64,000 nucleotides of DNA, taken from an uncultured Acidobacteriaceae bacterium (lineage in GTDB: Bacteria; Acidobacteriota; Terriglobia; Terriglobales; Acidobacteriaceae). A model generated the notes under the pieces. The model had not been told where the DNA came from and did no database searches. It saw only the letters and a list, made by a program, of their open reading frames with translations. How positions within the stretch are numbered: the stretch's first letter is position 1; every line of letters begins with the position of its first letter. Shown here piece after piece: positions 17,341 to 26,072 of this stretch. Location of the stretch: positions 18,659 to 82,658 of the forward strand of contig CAWCNN010000005.1 of assembly GCA_963796895.1 (NCBI GenBank), written 5' to 3'. The translations under genes were made by a program, and so were the position numbers.

Positions 17341-18579
17341 CTACTCCCTTCTACCTTCTACCGGCTTCTCCACAGCCGGCAGATCGTAGACCTCAATCGC
17401 CCCGTTCCGCAGAATCGCAAACCGCTTCCCATCCGGCGACAGCGCCGCATTCTGCCCCGCCGTCAGCACCGGCGACGCGTCCTTGACCAGCACCAGCTTC
17501 CCCGTCTCCGTGTCATAAACCCCCGCCAGCTGTGCCTGCACATCCTCCGGATACAGCGAGTCGAACATCGAGATGCGCCGGTTCGCCTCGATCGACTCGT
17601 ACACAAACCGGCTCCCGTTCTCCGCCGAGTCGAACCATCCCCACACAAACCGGTTCTGCCAGCGATCCCGCCACAGCTCCCCGTCGCCCTTCGTCGAAAC
17701 CGCGATCACCTGCCGGTCATCCCCATCGCCGGAACACCCCACCATCAGCACCACGCTCGCGCTCAGCGGCCGCGCCGATGGCTGGCAGCTCGACTTCACC
17801 TCCGCCACCTCCCGCGGCTTTCCCTCGAACGGCACATCCCGCATCACCCACGTGCCATTCGCCTTCCCCTCCAGCAGATCCAGCAGCCCGTCCCCCATCA
17901 GCGGCAGCAGCGTAGGCACCTTCGCGTGCGATTCCGCAAACGGCGTCTTCCCCCCAAGCGGGAAAACCATCACCTTCACCGGCGGCCCGCCCAGAAACTC
18001 CTCGTTCGACCCATCCGCATCCAGTTTGGCCGGATCGTTCGTCTCCACCACCAGCAGCTTGCGGTCGGTCGAAACCTGAATCGCACGGATTCTGTCCCCG
18101 AACGTCATGTACGGCTCCAGTTGCAGCCTCTCATCCGTCACAAACAACCCATCCCGTACCCGCACCAGAAACTTCCCATCGCCAAACGGCCACAGATACT
18201 GCGACCGGTCGTGCATCCGCCATTTCGTCTCCTCGACCACCTTCCCCGTCCTCAGGTCGAGCACCACCGCCCGAATCTCCTGGTCGTCGTCGCTCAGCGG
18301 ATCTCCAGGAATCCTCTTCAGGAGGCCGCCTATGCGAAACGTAAACAGCAATTGATCGTCATCGAAGAACCCCAGCGCCGCCGACGACAGCTTATAAGTC
18401 AGATAAAACGCCCCCGGTGGCTCATACCCCAGCGGAGCCACTGCGATGCTCACCGCGGGCTTGATCTCCGCAGGCGGCGCCGGAGCCGGCTTCTTCTCCC
18501 CCTGCGCGGCCATCGCCAGCAGCGCAGCCCCCGCCATCCCTACCGCCCGTCCCCTGATCCCCGCCAGCTCCATCCGCAT
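17341..18579 (-). CDS. hypothetical secreted protein (possibly beta-propeller-like)
   Basis: 412-aa unbroken ORF with the signal-like N-terminus GMAGAALLAMAAQG. I recognise no family motif. Confidence 0.7.
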   Translation of the reverse strand: MRMELAGIRGRAVGMAGAALLAMAAQGEKKPAPAPPAEIKPAVSIAVAPLGYEPPGAFYLTYKLSSAALGFFDDDQLLFTFRIGGLLKRIPGDPLSDDDQEIRAVVLDLRTGKVVEETKWRMHDRSQYLWPFGDGKFLVRVRDGLFVTDERLQLEPYMTFGDRIRAIQVSTDRKLLVVETNDPAKLDADGSNEEFLGGPPVKVMVFPLGGKTPFAESHAKVPTLLPLMGDGLLDLLEGKANGTWVMRDVPFEGKPREVAEVKSSCQPSARPLSASVVLMVGCSGDGDDRQVIAVSTKGDGELWRDRWQNRFVWGWFDSAENGSRFVYESIEANRRISMFDSLYPEDVQAQLAGVYDTETGKLVLVKDASPVLTAGQNAALSPDGKRFAILRNGAIEVYDLPAVEKPVEGRRE

Positions 18580-18758
18580 TCATCTTCCATTCTTCGCGCC
18601 ACAGGGCCCCGCGAGCAATCCAAAACGCCAACTCACTCCAAAATCACCCCGCCATTTCATACCATTTGACGTCACCCCTCTTTGTGCGTATAAAACGTTG
18701 TCTAAGATTGCAGAGTAGACGCCGCGTGCCCCGGCTGCGTCTCCAAGGCAGATCGCTT

Positions 18759-19319
18759 ATGGCCCGAATGCAGGAAGCACGCGAAACACCCACTCCTCGC
18801 CGCACCGCTCGTTCTACCAAACCACCCGCCCCATCGAGCGAAAATAAACAAATGCTCCAGGATTACCAAAACGCTCTCCAGCTCATGCAGCAGGGCAAGT
18901 ACGAGAAAGCCCGTCTCCTCTTCGAAAAACTCTCTCGTGACGCCTCGCCGGAGATCCTCGAGCGCTCCCGCGTCTACATCGCCGTCTGCGAGCGCAACGT
19001 CAAAGAGTCCTCCCTCTCCTTCAAAACCCCCGACGAGCAGTACGACTACGCCGTCTCCCTCCTGAACTCCGGCTCCTACGAGGAGGCTCGCGACCAGTTC
19101 GAGGCCATCCTCACCAATGCCCCTCAGGCCGACTTCGCCCACTACGGTATGGCCCTCCTCGACAGCGTCACCGGGCAGGCCGAAGAGGCCCTCGAGCATC
19201 TCACCCGCGCCATCGAGATCAACCCCGCCAATCGCATCCAGGCCCGCTCCGATCCCGACTTCATCGACATGGCCGACGACCCCCGCTTCACCGAACTCCT
19301 CTACCCCGAAAGCAGCTAG
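18759..19319 (+). CDS. tetratricopeptide-repeat protein
   Basis: MARMQEARETP... followed by TPR-like helices (YQNALQLMQQGKYEKARLLFEKL, YDYAVSLLNSGSYEEARDQFEAIL, HYGMALLDSVTGQAEEALEHLTRAIEINP). Confidence 0.75.
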   Translation: MARMQEARETPTPRRTARSTKPPAPSSENKQMLQDYQNALQLMQQGKYEKARLLFEKLSRDASPEILERSRVYIAVCERNVKESSLSFKTPDEQYDYAVSLLNSGSYEEARDQFEAILTNAPQADFAHYGMALLDSVTGQAEEALEHLTRAIEINPANRIQARSDPDFIDMADDPRFTELLYPESS

Positions 19320-19442
19320 TTCGAGAAACTTCACCCTCTCCTCCCGACCGCCCCAGACCGCCGACTACCTACCGCTCACCAGCTGACCGCTTTTCCCGCT
19401 CTCGTGGGTTTAGACTCATACCCGTAAGCCCAAACCAACTCG

Positions 19443-20480
19443 GTGATTTCTAAAACCGCGAACTCTAACCCGACCGCCGGCCTCCGCGTCGTCGCTATCG
19501 GTGGAGGAACAGGCCTCTCCACCCTCCTGCGTGGTCTCAAGCTCCGCGTCCCTCACGCCGGACTCCTCGCCCAGCCTGCCGCGACCCCCCTCATCGCCGA
19601 CCTCACTGCCGTCGTCACCGTCACCGACGACGGTGGCTCCAGCGGCCGCCTCCGCCGCGACTTCAACATGCTCCCCCCCGGCGACCTCCGCAACTGCATG
19701 GTCGCCCTCTCCGAAGACGAGGGCCTCATCTCCCGCCTCTTCCGCCACCGTTTCGATAAGGGCGACCTCGAAGGCCACAACTTCGGCAATCTCTTCATCG
19801 CCGCCCTCACCGAAATGACCGGCGACTTCGCCCAGGCCATCCGTCTCTCCGCCGAAATCCTTGCCACCCGCGGCCATATCTTTCCCGCCACTGCCGACAA
19901 CGTCACCGTCACCGCTCGTATGCAGGATGGCTCCGTCGTTCGAGGCGAAACCAACATCACCGCCAGCCGCCAGCGCATCGTCGAGCTCATGCTCGACCCA
20001 CCCGACCCGCCGCCTCCGCCGGAAACCCTCGCCGCCATCGCCGCCGCCGACCTCATCACCATCGGCCCCGGCTCCCTCTACACCTCCATCGTCACCAACC
20101 TGCTCGTCAAAGGAATCTCCGAGGCCCTTGCCGCCGCCCAGGGCACCCGCGTCTACATCTGCAACCTCATGACCCAGGCCAACGAGAGCCTCCACCTCAC
20201 CGCCTCCCAACACATCGAGCGCATCTACGAGCACGCCGGCCACCCCATCTTCGACTACGCCCTCGTCAACACCGCCCCCGTCTCGGCGGAGATTCGCGAG
20301 CGCTACGCCGCCGAAGGCGCCGAGATCACCATTGCCGACACCGACCGCATCGAGGCCCTCGGCATCCAGTGCATCACCGGAAATTTTCTGGCCGAAGGTG
20401 ACGTCCTCCGCCACGCCGCCGACCGCGTCACCCATGCCCTCCTCAATCTTCCCGTCCGCGCCCCAGCCCTCTCCCGCTGA
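19443..20480 (+). CDS. yvcK: YvcK/CofD-like family protein (gluconeogenesis factor, UPF0052)
   Basis: GTG start. Motifs VVAIGGGTGLSTLLRGLK, VVTVTDDGGSSGRLR, PPGDLRNC and IGPGSLYTSI. Confidence 0.88.
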   Translation: MISKTANSNPTAGLRVVAIGGGTGLSTLLRGLKLRVPHAGLLAQPAATPLIADLTAVVTVTDDGGSSGRLRRDFNMLPPGDLRNCMVALSEDEGLISRLFRHRFDKGDLEGHNFGNLFIAALTEMTGDFAQAIRLSAEILATRGHIFPATADNVTVTARMQDGSVVRGETNITASRQRIVELMLDPPDPPPPPETLAAIAAADLITIGPGSLYTSIVTNLLVKGISEALAAAQGTRVYICNLMTQANESLHLTASQHIERIYEHAGHPIFDYALVNTAPVSAEIRERYAAEGAEITIADTDRIEALGIQCITGNFLAEGDVLRHAADRVTHALLNLPVRAPALSR

Positions 20481-20574
20481 CACCAGCCGCGAACCAGCGC
20501 TATCTGATCCAGCCCGAAAACGTGTCAGGGCACAGCTTCACAATCAGACGCAAACTGACCTCCGGCACACAAAC

Positions 20575-20646
20575 GTGAAGGGGCACGGCTTCAGCCGTGC
20601 CGAAAAGGCCACAAAATCAGTCGGGCTTTAGCCCCTGAGTACCAGC
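20575..20646. repeat. REP/MITE-like hairpin element (GTGAAGGGGCACGGCTTCAGCCGTGCCGAAAAGGCCACAAAATCAG...CAGCCCCTGAG)
   Basis: Near-identical copy at 21844..21916. The hairpin is GGCACGGCTTCAGCCGTGCC. Confidence 0.75.
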
Positions 20647-20762
20647 CTCCGCGAAGAATCCGTCAGCACCCAGCTACGGCTCCGCCGGCCCCATCCGGGT
20701 TTTGATACCCTGACGCTTCGCGTCATCAACAGAGCGAACAATCTGTAAGCAGGAGTGTCGAC

Positions 20763-21536
20763 GTGCATATGCAACGAAAAATTCTGCTGCTGACCGGTAG
20801 TTTGCTCGCCGTTGCAACCCTGATGGGACAGCAGGCTCCCGCGCCCGTCGCCCAGCCTGAATCCCTCACTCCCGCTCAGATCGCGAACCTGCAGGCCAAA
20901 CTACAGGACTGGCCCGACCTCCATCGCTATCGCGACGACGATGCCAAGCTCGGCCCTCCCGCTCCCGGTGAAAACCGCGTCGTCTTCCTCGGCGACTCCA
21001 TCACCGACGCGTGGGGACGTTCCCACGGCAAATTTTTTCCCGGCAAGCCGTGGGTGAACCGCGGCATCAGCGGCCAGACCACCCCCCAGATGCTGGTGCG
21101 CTTCCAGCAGGATGTCCTCGCGCTTCATCCCGCCGCCGTCGTGATCCTCGCCGGAACCAATGACATCGCAGAGAACACCGGCCCTGAGCCCATGTCCGCC
21201 ATCGAGGACAACTTCCGCTCCATGGTCACCCTGGCCAAAGCGAATCACGTCCGCGTGATCCTCTCCTCGGTCCTGCCCGCCTCCCGCTACAACTGGCACC
21301 CGGGCATCGCGCCTGCCCAAAACATTCGCGAGCTGAACCAGTGGCTCCAGAGTTATGCCGCCCAACAGCACCTCGTCTATCTCAATTACTACCCGGCGCT
21401 CGTGAACGACGAAGGCGGGATGCAGCCCCAGCTGACCACCGATGGCACCGTCCATCCCAACGATGCCGGCTACGCCATCATGGAACCCCTCGCCGAAAAG
21501 GCCGTCGAGGAAGCCCTCTCCCAGCCCGCTCCCTAA
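20763..21536 (+). CDS. SGNH/GDSL-family hydrolase, secreted
   Basis: Signal peptide MQRKILLLTGSLLAVATLMGQQ, block I FLGDSITDAW, GTND, and a C-terminal DGVHPN-like block (DGTVHPND). A GCAGGAG Shine-Dalgarno precedes the GTG/ATG start. Confidence 0.85.
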   Translation: MHMQRKILLLTGSLLAVATLMGQQAPAPVAQPESLTPAQIANLQAKLQDWPDLHRYRDDDAKLGPPAPGENRVVFLGDSITDAWGRSHGKFFPGKPWVNRGISGQTTPQMLVRFQQDVLALHPAAVVILAGTNDIAENTGPEPMSAIEDNFRSMVTLAKANHVRVILSSVLPASRYNWHPGIAPAQNIRELNQWLQSYAAQQHLVYLNYYPALVNDEGGMQPQLTTDGTVHPNDAGYAIMEPLAEKAVEEALSQPAP

Positions 21537-21599
21537 GAAGCGAAGCACTCCGATCCATCACCAACGAGCTAGGCCTGATTCCTCGCAAAGCAAGGAGAT

Positions 21600-22075
21600 G
21601 CTGGGAGCCGGGTCTTCAGCCCGCGGTAATACAGCTAGCCTGAGACCGGGCGTTCAGCCCCTGAGCACTAACCACCGTAAACTTCGTGTCGCCGATTCTC
21701 ATGGCAGCGGAGAACTCAGGTCAGCAACGGGGTCGCCTTTGTATCAGGGCATCACTTTCAGTCATGCCGAACAGCCAAAGGAAGATGCGGGCTTCCAGCC
21801 CCCGAAGCCTTTCCTTTCCCATTTCCGCCTCCGGCACGGAAAAGTGAAGGGGCATGACTTTCAGTCATGCCGAAAAGGCCACAAAATCAGCGTCTTTCAG
21901 CCCCTGAGCACTAGCCTCATGAAAGTTTCGCGGCGCCGGTTTTCCGCCCCTGGCGCTGGAAAAGACACGAACCAGGCTTGCGCCGCCGCGCAAGCGGCGC
22001 GACGGTAGAAGCCGCGGGCTTCCAGCCCGCGGACAGAACGCTCGCCCGAGAACAGGCCTTCAGGCCCGGCGAACC
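21600..22075. repeat. cluster of REP/MITE-like hairpin elements
   Basis: A copy of the 20575 element lies at 21844..21916 and related half-copies near 21606, 21648 and 21745. CCGCGGGC-ttcca-GCCCGCGG is a perfect 8-bp hairpin at about 22011..22031. Confidence 0.6.
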
Positions 22076-22126
22076 GTCAAAATCCAACCTGTCTCACTCC
22101 GGGGCTCACCTTCAAAACTTGTCAAG

Positions 22127-22147
22127 CTTTTGTGGAAAACACAAAAG
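22127..22147. promoter_or_regulatory. perfect 8-bp inverted repeat CTTTTGTG-gaaaa-CACAAAAG in an AT-rich pocket
   Basis: Read directly from the sequence, about 115 nt upstream of the 22264 ORF. Whether it is an operator or a terminator cannot be decided. Confidence 0.3.
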
Positions 22148-22205
22148 TAATGATCGATGAATTACAACCACTTATCCGCAAAATCACGCCAACATAGTTG
22201 GCGCA

Positions 22206-22235
22206 TTGATTCATCAGACTTGGTATTCTGATAAT
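22206..22235 (+). promoter_or_regulatory. sigma70-like promoter candidate (TTGATT - 18 nt - GATAAT)
   Basis: The -35-like hexamer is at 22206..22211 and the -10-like hexamer at 22230..22235. An AGGAG Shine-Dalgarno at 22252..22256 and the ATG at 22264 follow. Confidence 0.35.
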
Positions 22236-22263
22236 AGGGGATAAGAAAAGAAAGGAGAAGCCC

Positions 22264-22626
22264 ATGCCGGCAATCAACACCAGATCCAACCGCCGCAAGC
22301 CTGCCGCGAACAAGCCCTCTGCAGCAGGCGCCGCGCAGGGACAGGCAGCCTCCTTCGCGCCCGCCAATGACGCACTTATCACCACCAATGCGGCATTCCT
22401 CCAGATCAACCCCGCATTCGCGAGTGCCAATGCAGCACTCGCATCCATCAGCCAACTGCCCCATCCTCAAACAAATAACTCCTTCGTAAGCTTCAATGCC
22501 GCAATCATAAGTGCCAATGCCGCGTTGACATGTGCCGGCGATCTGCCCTTCCTTCGTATCACTTACAAGGTTGCGAGTCTGATGTCCACAGTCAACTCCC
22601 AAAGAATCAATCACAGCCCATGGTGA
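22264..22626 (+). CDS. small hypothetical protein (120 aa) with heptapeptide x-N-A/P-A-x-x-x repeats
   Basis: Strong Shine-Dalgarno (GAAAGGAGAAGCCC ATG) and visibly lower G+C than the surroundings. (C/T)CAATG recurs at 22364, 22385, 22427, 22493 and 22514, with spacings of 21, 42, 66 and 21 nt, all multiples of 3. Confidence 0.55.
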   Translation: MPAINTRSNRRKPAANKPSAAGAAQGQAASFAPANDALITTNAAFLQINPAFASANAALASISQLPHPQTNNSFVSFNAAIISANAALTCAGDLPFLRITYKVASLMSTVNSQRINHSPW

Positions 22627-22636
22627 GGGGGCAGGC

Positions 22637-22652
22637 GAGGGGGCATCCCCTC
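22637..22652. terminator. short GC hairpin GAGGGG-gcat-CCCCTC between convergent genes
   Basis: 6-bp stem with no U-tract, so the evidence is weak. Confidence 0.3.
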
Positions 22653-22674
22653 CCCTGGAACCAGACCAGCAAGC

Positions 22675-22695
22675 GCTAACCGCCAACCGCCGACT
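22675..22695. repeat. heptad array GCTAACC GCCAACC GCCGACT overlapping the stop of the ABC transporter gene
   Basis: Same heptad family and same terminal 14-mer GCCAAC(C/T)GCCGACT as at 11498..11532. The minus-strand stop CTA is at 22676..22678. Confidence 0.65.
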
Positions 22696-24532
22696 GCTGG
22701 AAGTCATCCAGTTCATCGAACTGCCGCTCCACATCCTCCTCTCCCGACAGCAGCCCGAGCGCCTGCCGCTCGAACAGCCGCCGGTAAATGCCGCCGCTCT
22801 TCCGCACCAGTTCCTCGTGACGGCCCTCTTCCACGACTTCGCCGCGGTCGAAGACCAGGATCCGGTCCAGCATCCTTACTGTGGCCAGCCGGTGCGCGAT
22901 CACGATCGCCGTCCGCCCCGCAATCAGCCGCTGCATCGCCTCCTGGATCAGCGCCTCCGACTCCGAGTCCAGCGACGACGTCGCCTCGTCCAGCACCAGC
23001 ACCGGAGCGTTCGCGAGAAACGCCCGCGCCAGCGCCACACGCTGCCGCTCGCCGCCCGACAGCTTCACGCCCCGCTCGCCCACCAGCGTCGCGTAGCCCT
23101 TCGCCTGCCGCTCGATGAACTCGTGCGCATTGGCCAGCCGCGCCGCCTCCTCGATCTCCCGCGGCTTCGCGCCCGGCCGCCCGTACGCGATGTTCTCCGC
23201 CAGCGATCGATGGAACAGCAGCGGCTCCTGCGGCACCAGCGCCAGCTGCGCGCGCAGCGAGTCCTGCGTCCCATGCGCAATATCCTGCCCATCGACCAGG
23301 ATCCGCCCGCCCGTCACGTCGTAGAGCCGGTGCAGCAGCTTCACGAACGTCGTCTTGCCCGAGCCCGAATGCCCGACCAGGCCAACTCGCTCGCCCGGCT
23401 CAATGCGGATGGAGAAATCGCGAAACAGAGGCTCCACCTGCATGCCATACCGGAAGGTCACGCGCTCGAACACGATCTCGCCCGCACCCACGCGAATCGG
23501 CCGCGCATCCGCGCGATCCGCCACGCCCAGCGGCTGCGACTCGAACCCGACCATATCCTCCATCTCGTTCACGCCCCGCTGCAGGTTGGCGATATGCTGC
23601 CCCGTATCCCGCAGATAGCCGTGCACGATGAAGTAGCTCGTCAGCACGAACGTCACATCGCCCGCCGTCGCGCGCCCGCGCCACCACAGCCAGATCGCGC
23701 ACCCGACGACCAGCGTCCGCAGCGCCAACAGCGCGACCATCTGCGCCAGCCCGCTGTGCGAAGCGAACATCCACGTCCGCCGCGTACGCCATCCCCACTT
23801 GTCCAGCACCGTTGCCAGACGCGCGTCCTCGCCCTCCTCGGCGCCAAACGACTTCACCGCCGTGTTGCACGTAATGGAATCGGCTAACGCACCGCCCAGC
23901 CTCGTGTCCTGCGCGTTCGACAGCCGCGCCGCCGGAGCGATCCAGCCCAGCGACAACGCCACCGAGATCGCAACGTAGACCAGCGCGCCCGCACCCACCA
24001 GCAAGCCCATCGCCGGCCAGCGCCAACCGAGCAGCAGCGGGCATCCGATCAGCACCAGCACCGCCGGCAACAGCGCCAACAGCAGCGTGTCGTCCAGCAT
24101 GTCCACCGCCCAGATCCCGCGCGTGATTCGCCGCACGATCGACCCGCCGAAGTTGTTCGCGTGCCAGTCCGTCGAGAAGCGCTGCACGCGCCAGAAAGCG
24201 TCGCTCGCCATCCGCCGCATCAGCCGCACCGTCAGCTTCACGATGCCCAGAAAGGCGAGATACCGCGCAGCGGCCAGCACCGCGCCCAGCCCTGCCATCG
24301 CCAGGATCGCGTACCCCGCCGCACGCAACGCAGTCATGCGCGCTCCGCCGCGCGCCACCGCGTCCACAAGGCGCCCCGAATACACCGGCAACAAGAGATC
24401 GGCGCTCGTCGCCACCGTCATGCTCACCGCTGTCCCCGCGACGCACCACGCCTCGCGCCGCCAGTGGCGCATCAGGAACCCGAGCACCTCGCGCACTACA
24501 TTGTTGGAATTTCGTTCAACAGAACGGCTCAT
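22676..24532 (-). CDS. ABC transporter, fused permease/ATP-binding protein (type I exporter, MsbA-like architecture)
   Basis: 618 aa from MSRSVERNS. An N-terminal 6-TM region is followed by Walker A GHSGSGKTT, signature LSGGERQR and Walker B LVLDEATSSLD. There is no C39 peptidase domain. Confidence 0.9.
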   Translation of the reverse strand: MSRSVERNSNNVVREVLGFLMRHWRREAWCVAGTAVSMTVATSADLLLPVYSGRLVDAVARGGARMTALRAAGYAILAMAGLGAVLAAARYLAFLGIVKLTVRLMRRMASDAFWRVQRFSTDWHANNFGGSIVRRITRGIWAVDMLDDTLLLALLPAVLVLIGCPLLLGWRWPAMGLLVGAGALVYVAISVALSLGWIAPAARLSNAQDTRLGGALADSITCNTAVKSFGAEEGEDARLATVLDKWGWRTRRTWMFASHSGLAQMVALLALRTLVVGCAIWLWWRGRATAGDVTFVLTSYFIVHGYLRDTGQHIANLQRGVNEMEDMVGFESQPLGVADRADARPIRVGAGEIVFERVTFRYGMQVEPLFRDFSIRIEPGERVGLVGHSGSGKTTFVKLLHRLYDVTGGRILVDGQDIAHGTQDSLRAQLALVPQEPLLFHRSLAENIAYGRPGAKPREIEEAARLANAHEFIERQAKGYATLVGERGVKLSGGERQRVALARAFLANAPVLVLDEATSSLDSESEALIQEAMQRLIAGRTAIVIAHRLATVRMLDRILVFDRGEVVEEGRHEELVRKSGGIYRRLFERQALGLLSGEEDVERQFDELDDFQQSAVGG

Positions 24533-24691
24533 ACAATCCTCGTCGGACCCCCCGCAGCAACATACCGGCTGGAATCCTGGCTGGGGAAACAGTTCGAGAC
24601 ACTTCTTCGTAAGAAGAAGAAGGGTGCACGCAGTAACTCCCCGCAAAGGAGCGACCGCTACAGCCTGCTTGTCAGGTTCGGAGGTTGAAAC

Positions 24692-24766
24692 CTAATGACG
24701 GAAGCTGACGAAAGAGGCTCCGGGCCGCTGCGCTTTGGGGTCGCTGACCGAACGATCAATCTTCAT
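24692..24766 (-). CDS. possible 24-codon upstream ORF (MKIDRSVSDPKAQRPGASFVSFRH) in the ABC exporter leader
   Basis: The ATG is preceded by GAAAGGAAGG at 6 nt. It lies in the 312-nt gap between rlmN and the exporter. There is no other support. Confidence 0.2.
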   Translation of the reverse strand: MKIDRSVSDPKAQRPGASFVSFRH

Positions 24767-24844
24767 GGAAGCCTTCCTTTCGTCGAGTGATTGAACTACT
24801 CTACCACGGTTTTGTTGCGGACCTTATCCGCCACTGGCTACCAT

Positions 24845-26002
24845 CTACTGGCTGCCGGCTGTCTTCTTCAACTGCCCGCAAGCCGCATAAATATCCCGGC
24901 CCCGCGGCCGACGTACGAACGCCGGAACCCCTTGCTCCCGCAGCCGCTCCTGAAACCGCGCCACATCCTCGGCCCCCGGCATCGTGAACGCCACCCCCGG
25001 CCCAGGATTCCACGCAATCAGATTTACCTTCGCCGGAAACTGTGCGCGCCGCACCAGCTTCACCACCTCGTCCGCGTGCTCCGGCTGATCGTTCACGCCG
25101 CCCAGCAGCACATACTCAAACGTCACCCGTTCCTTCGGCCGCAGAGGAACCTGTCGCACCGCCTCGACCACCTCGGCGATGCTCCACTTGCGGGTCACCG
25201 GCATAATCTCCTCCCGAATCGCATCGTTCGGCGCATTCAGTGAAATCGCCAGCTTCGGCCGCACCTTCTCCTGCGCAAACCGCAATATCCCGGGCGCAAT
25301 GCCCGACGTCGAAACCGTCATCCGCGATTCCGGAATCTCCATCGGCCCAGCCAGCAGCCGCACCGCCGCCATGAAAGCGTCGTAATTCAGAAAAGGCTCA
25401 CCCATGCCCATAAAGACCAGATTGATCCGATCCCGCCCAGGCTCCGCGTCATGTTTCCTCAGAACAGCCGCCACCTGCCCCGCGATCTCACCAGCCGTCA
25501 GATTCCGAAGGATCCCCAGCTTCGCCGTCAGGCAAAACTGGCAGTTCACCGCGCATCCGATCTGGCTCGATACACAGATCGTCGCCCTCGACCATCCCTT
25601 CGCTTCCCTCGAATCTTCGGCCCCCCACCCGTCGCCCGATTCGCCGCCGTCGCCCTCCGGCATCCACACCGTCTCCACCGTCTGCCCGTCGCGACACGCA
25701 ATCAGATACCGCTCCGTCCCATCCACTGACCGAAAGGTCTCGACGATCTCCGGCAGTCCCACCCGAAGACCCGCCGCCGTCACCTTTTCCCGCAGCTCTT
25801 TCGGCCAGGTCGTTACCTCCGCGATGTCCGCCACCTTCTGCCGATACAGGGCTGTTTCGAGCTGGCGAATCCGGTACCTCAGTAACCCAAACTCCCCCAA
25901 CGCCTCGCTAAGCCCCTCATTCCAAAGGCCAAAAAGGACTCGATCCGGAGCCGCCCCTCGCGCGTCTAAAATGGTGGTACGTGGTTCCCCGCCGGTAGTC
26001 AT
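24845..26002 (-). CDS. rlmN: 23S rRNA (adenine2503-C2)/tRNA methyltransferase, radical SAM
   Basis: CVSSQIGCAVNCQFCLT (CxxxCxxC), FMGMGEPFLN, and a C-terminal ACGQL. Confidence 0.93.
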   Translation of the reverse strand: MTTGGEPRTTILDARGAAPDRVLFGLWNEGLSEALGEFGLLRYRIRQLETALYRQKVADIAEVTTWPKELREKVTAAGLRVGLPEIVETFRSVDGTERYLIACRDGQTVETVWMPEGDGGESGDGWGAEDSREAKGWSRATICVSSQIGCAVNCQFCLTAKLGILRNLTAGEIAGQVAAVLRKHDAEPGRDRINLVFMGMGEPFLNYDAFMAAVRLLAGPMEIPESRMTVSTSGIAPGILRFAQEKVRPKLAISLNAPNDAIREEIMPVTRKWSIAEVVEAVRQVPLRPKERVTFEYVLLGGVNDQPEHADEVVKLVRRAQFPAKVNLIAWNPGPGVAFTMPGAEDVARFQERLREQGVPAFVRRPRGRDIYAACGQLKKTAGSQ

Positions 26003-26072
26003 CTATAAGCCCGAGAATAACGCATCTAACATCGGTCATAGAACCGGCCCGGAACGACTCTGCCCTAAAGCC

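Noticed and set aside
22264-24532. The small ORF plus ABC exporter as a bacteriocin/RiPP export locus
   Set aside because: The exporter lacks an N-terminal C39 peptidase domain. No modification enzymes, immunity gene or double-glycine leader are present, and the two genes are convergent rather than co-transcribed.
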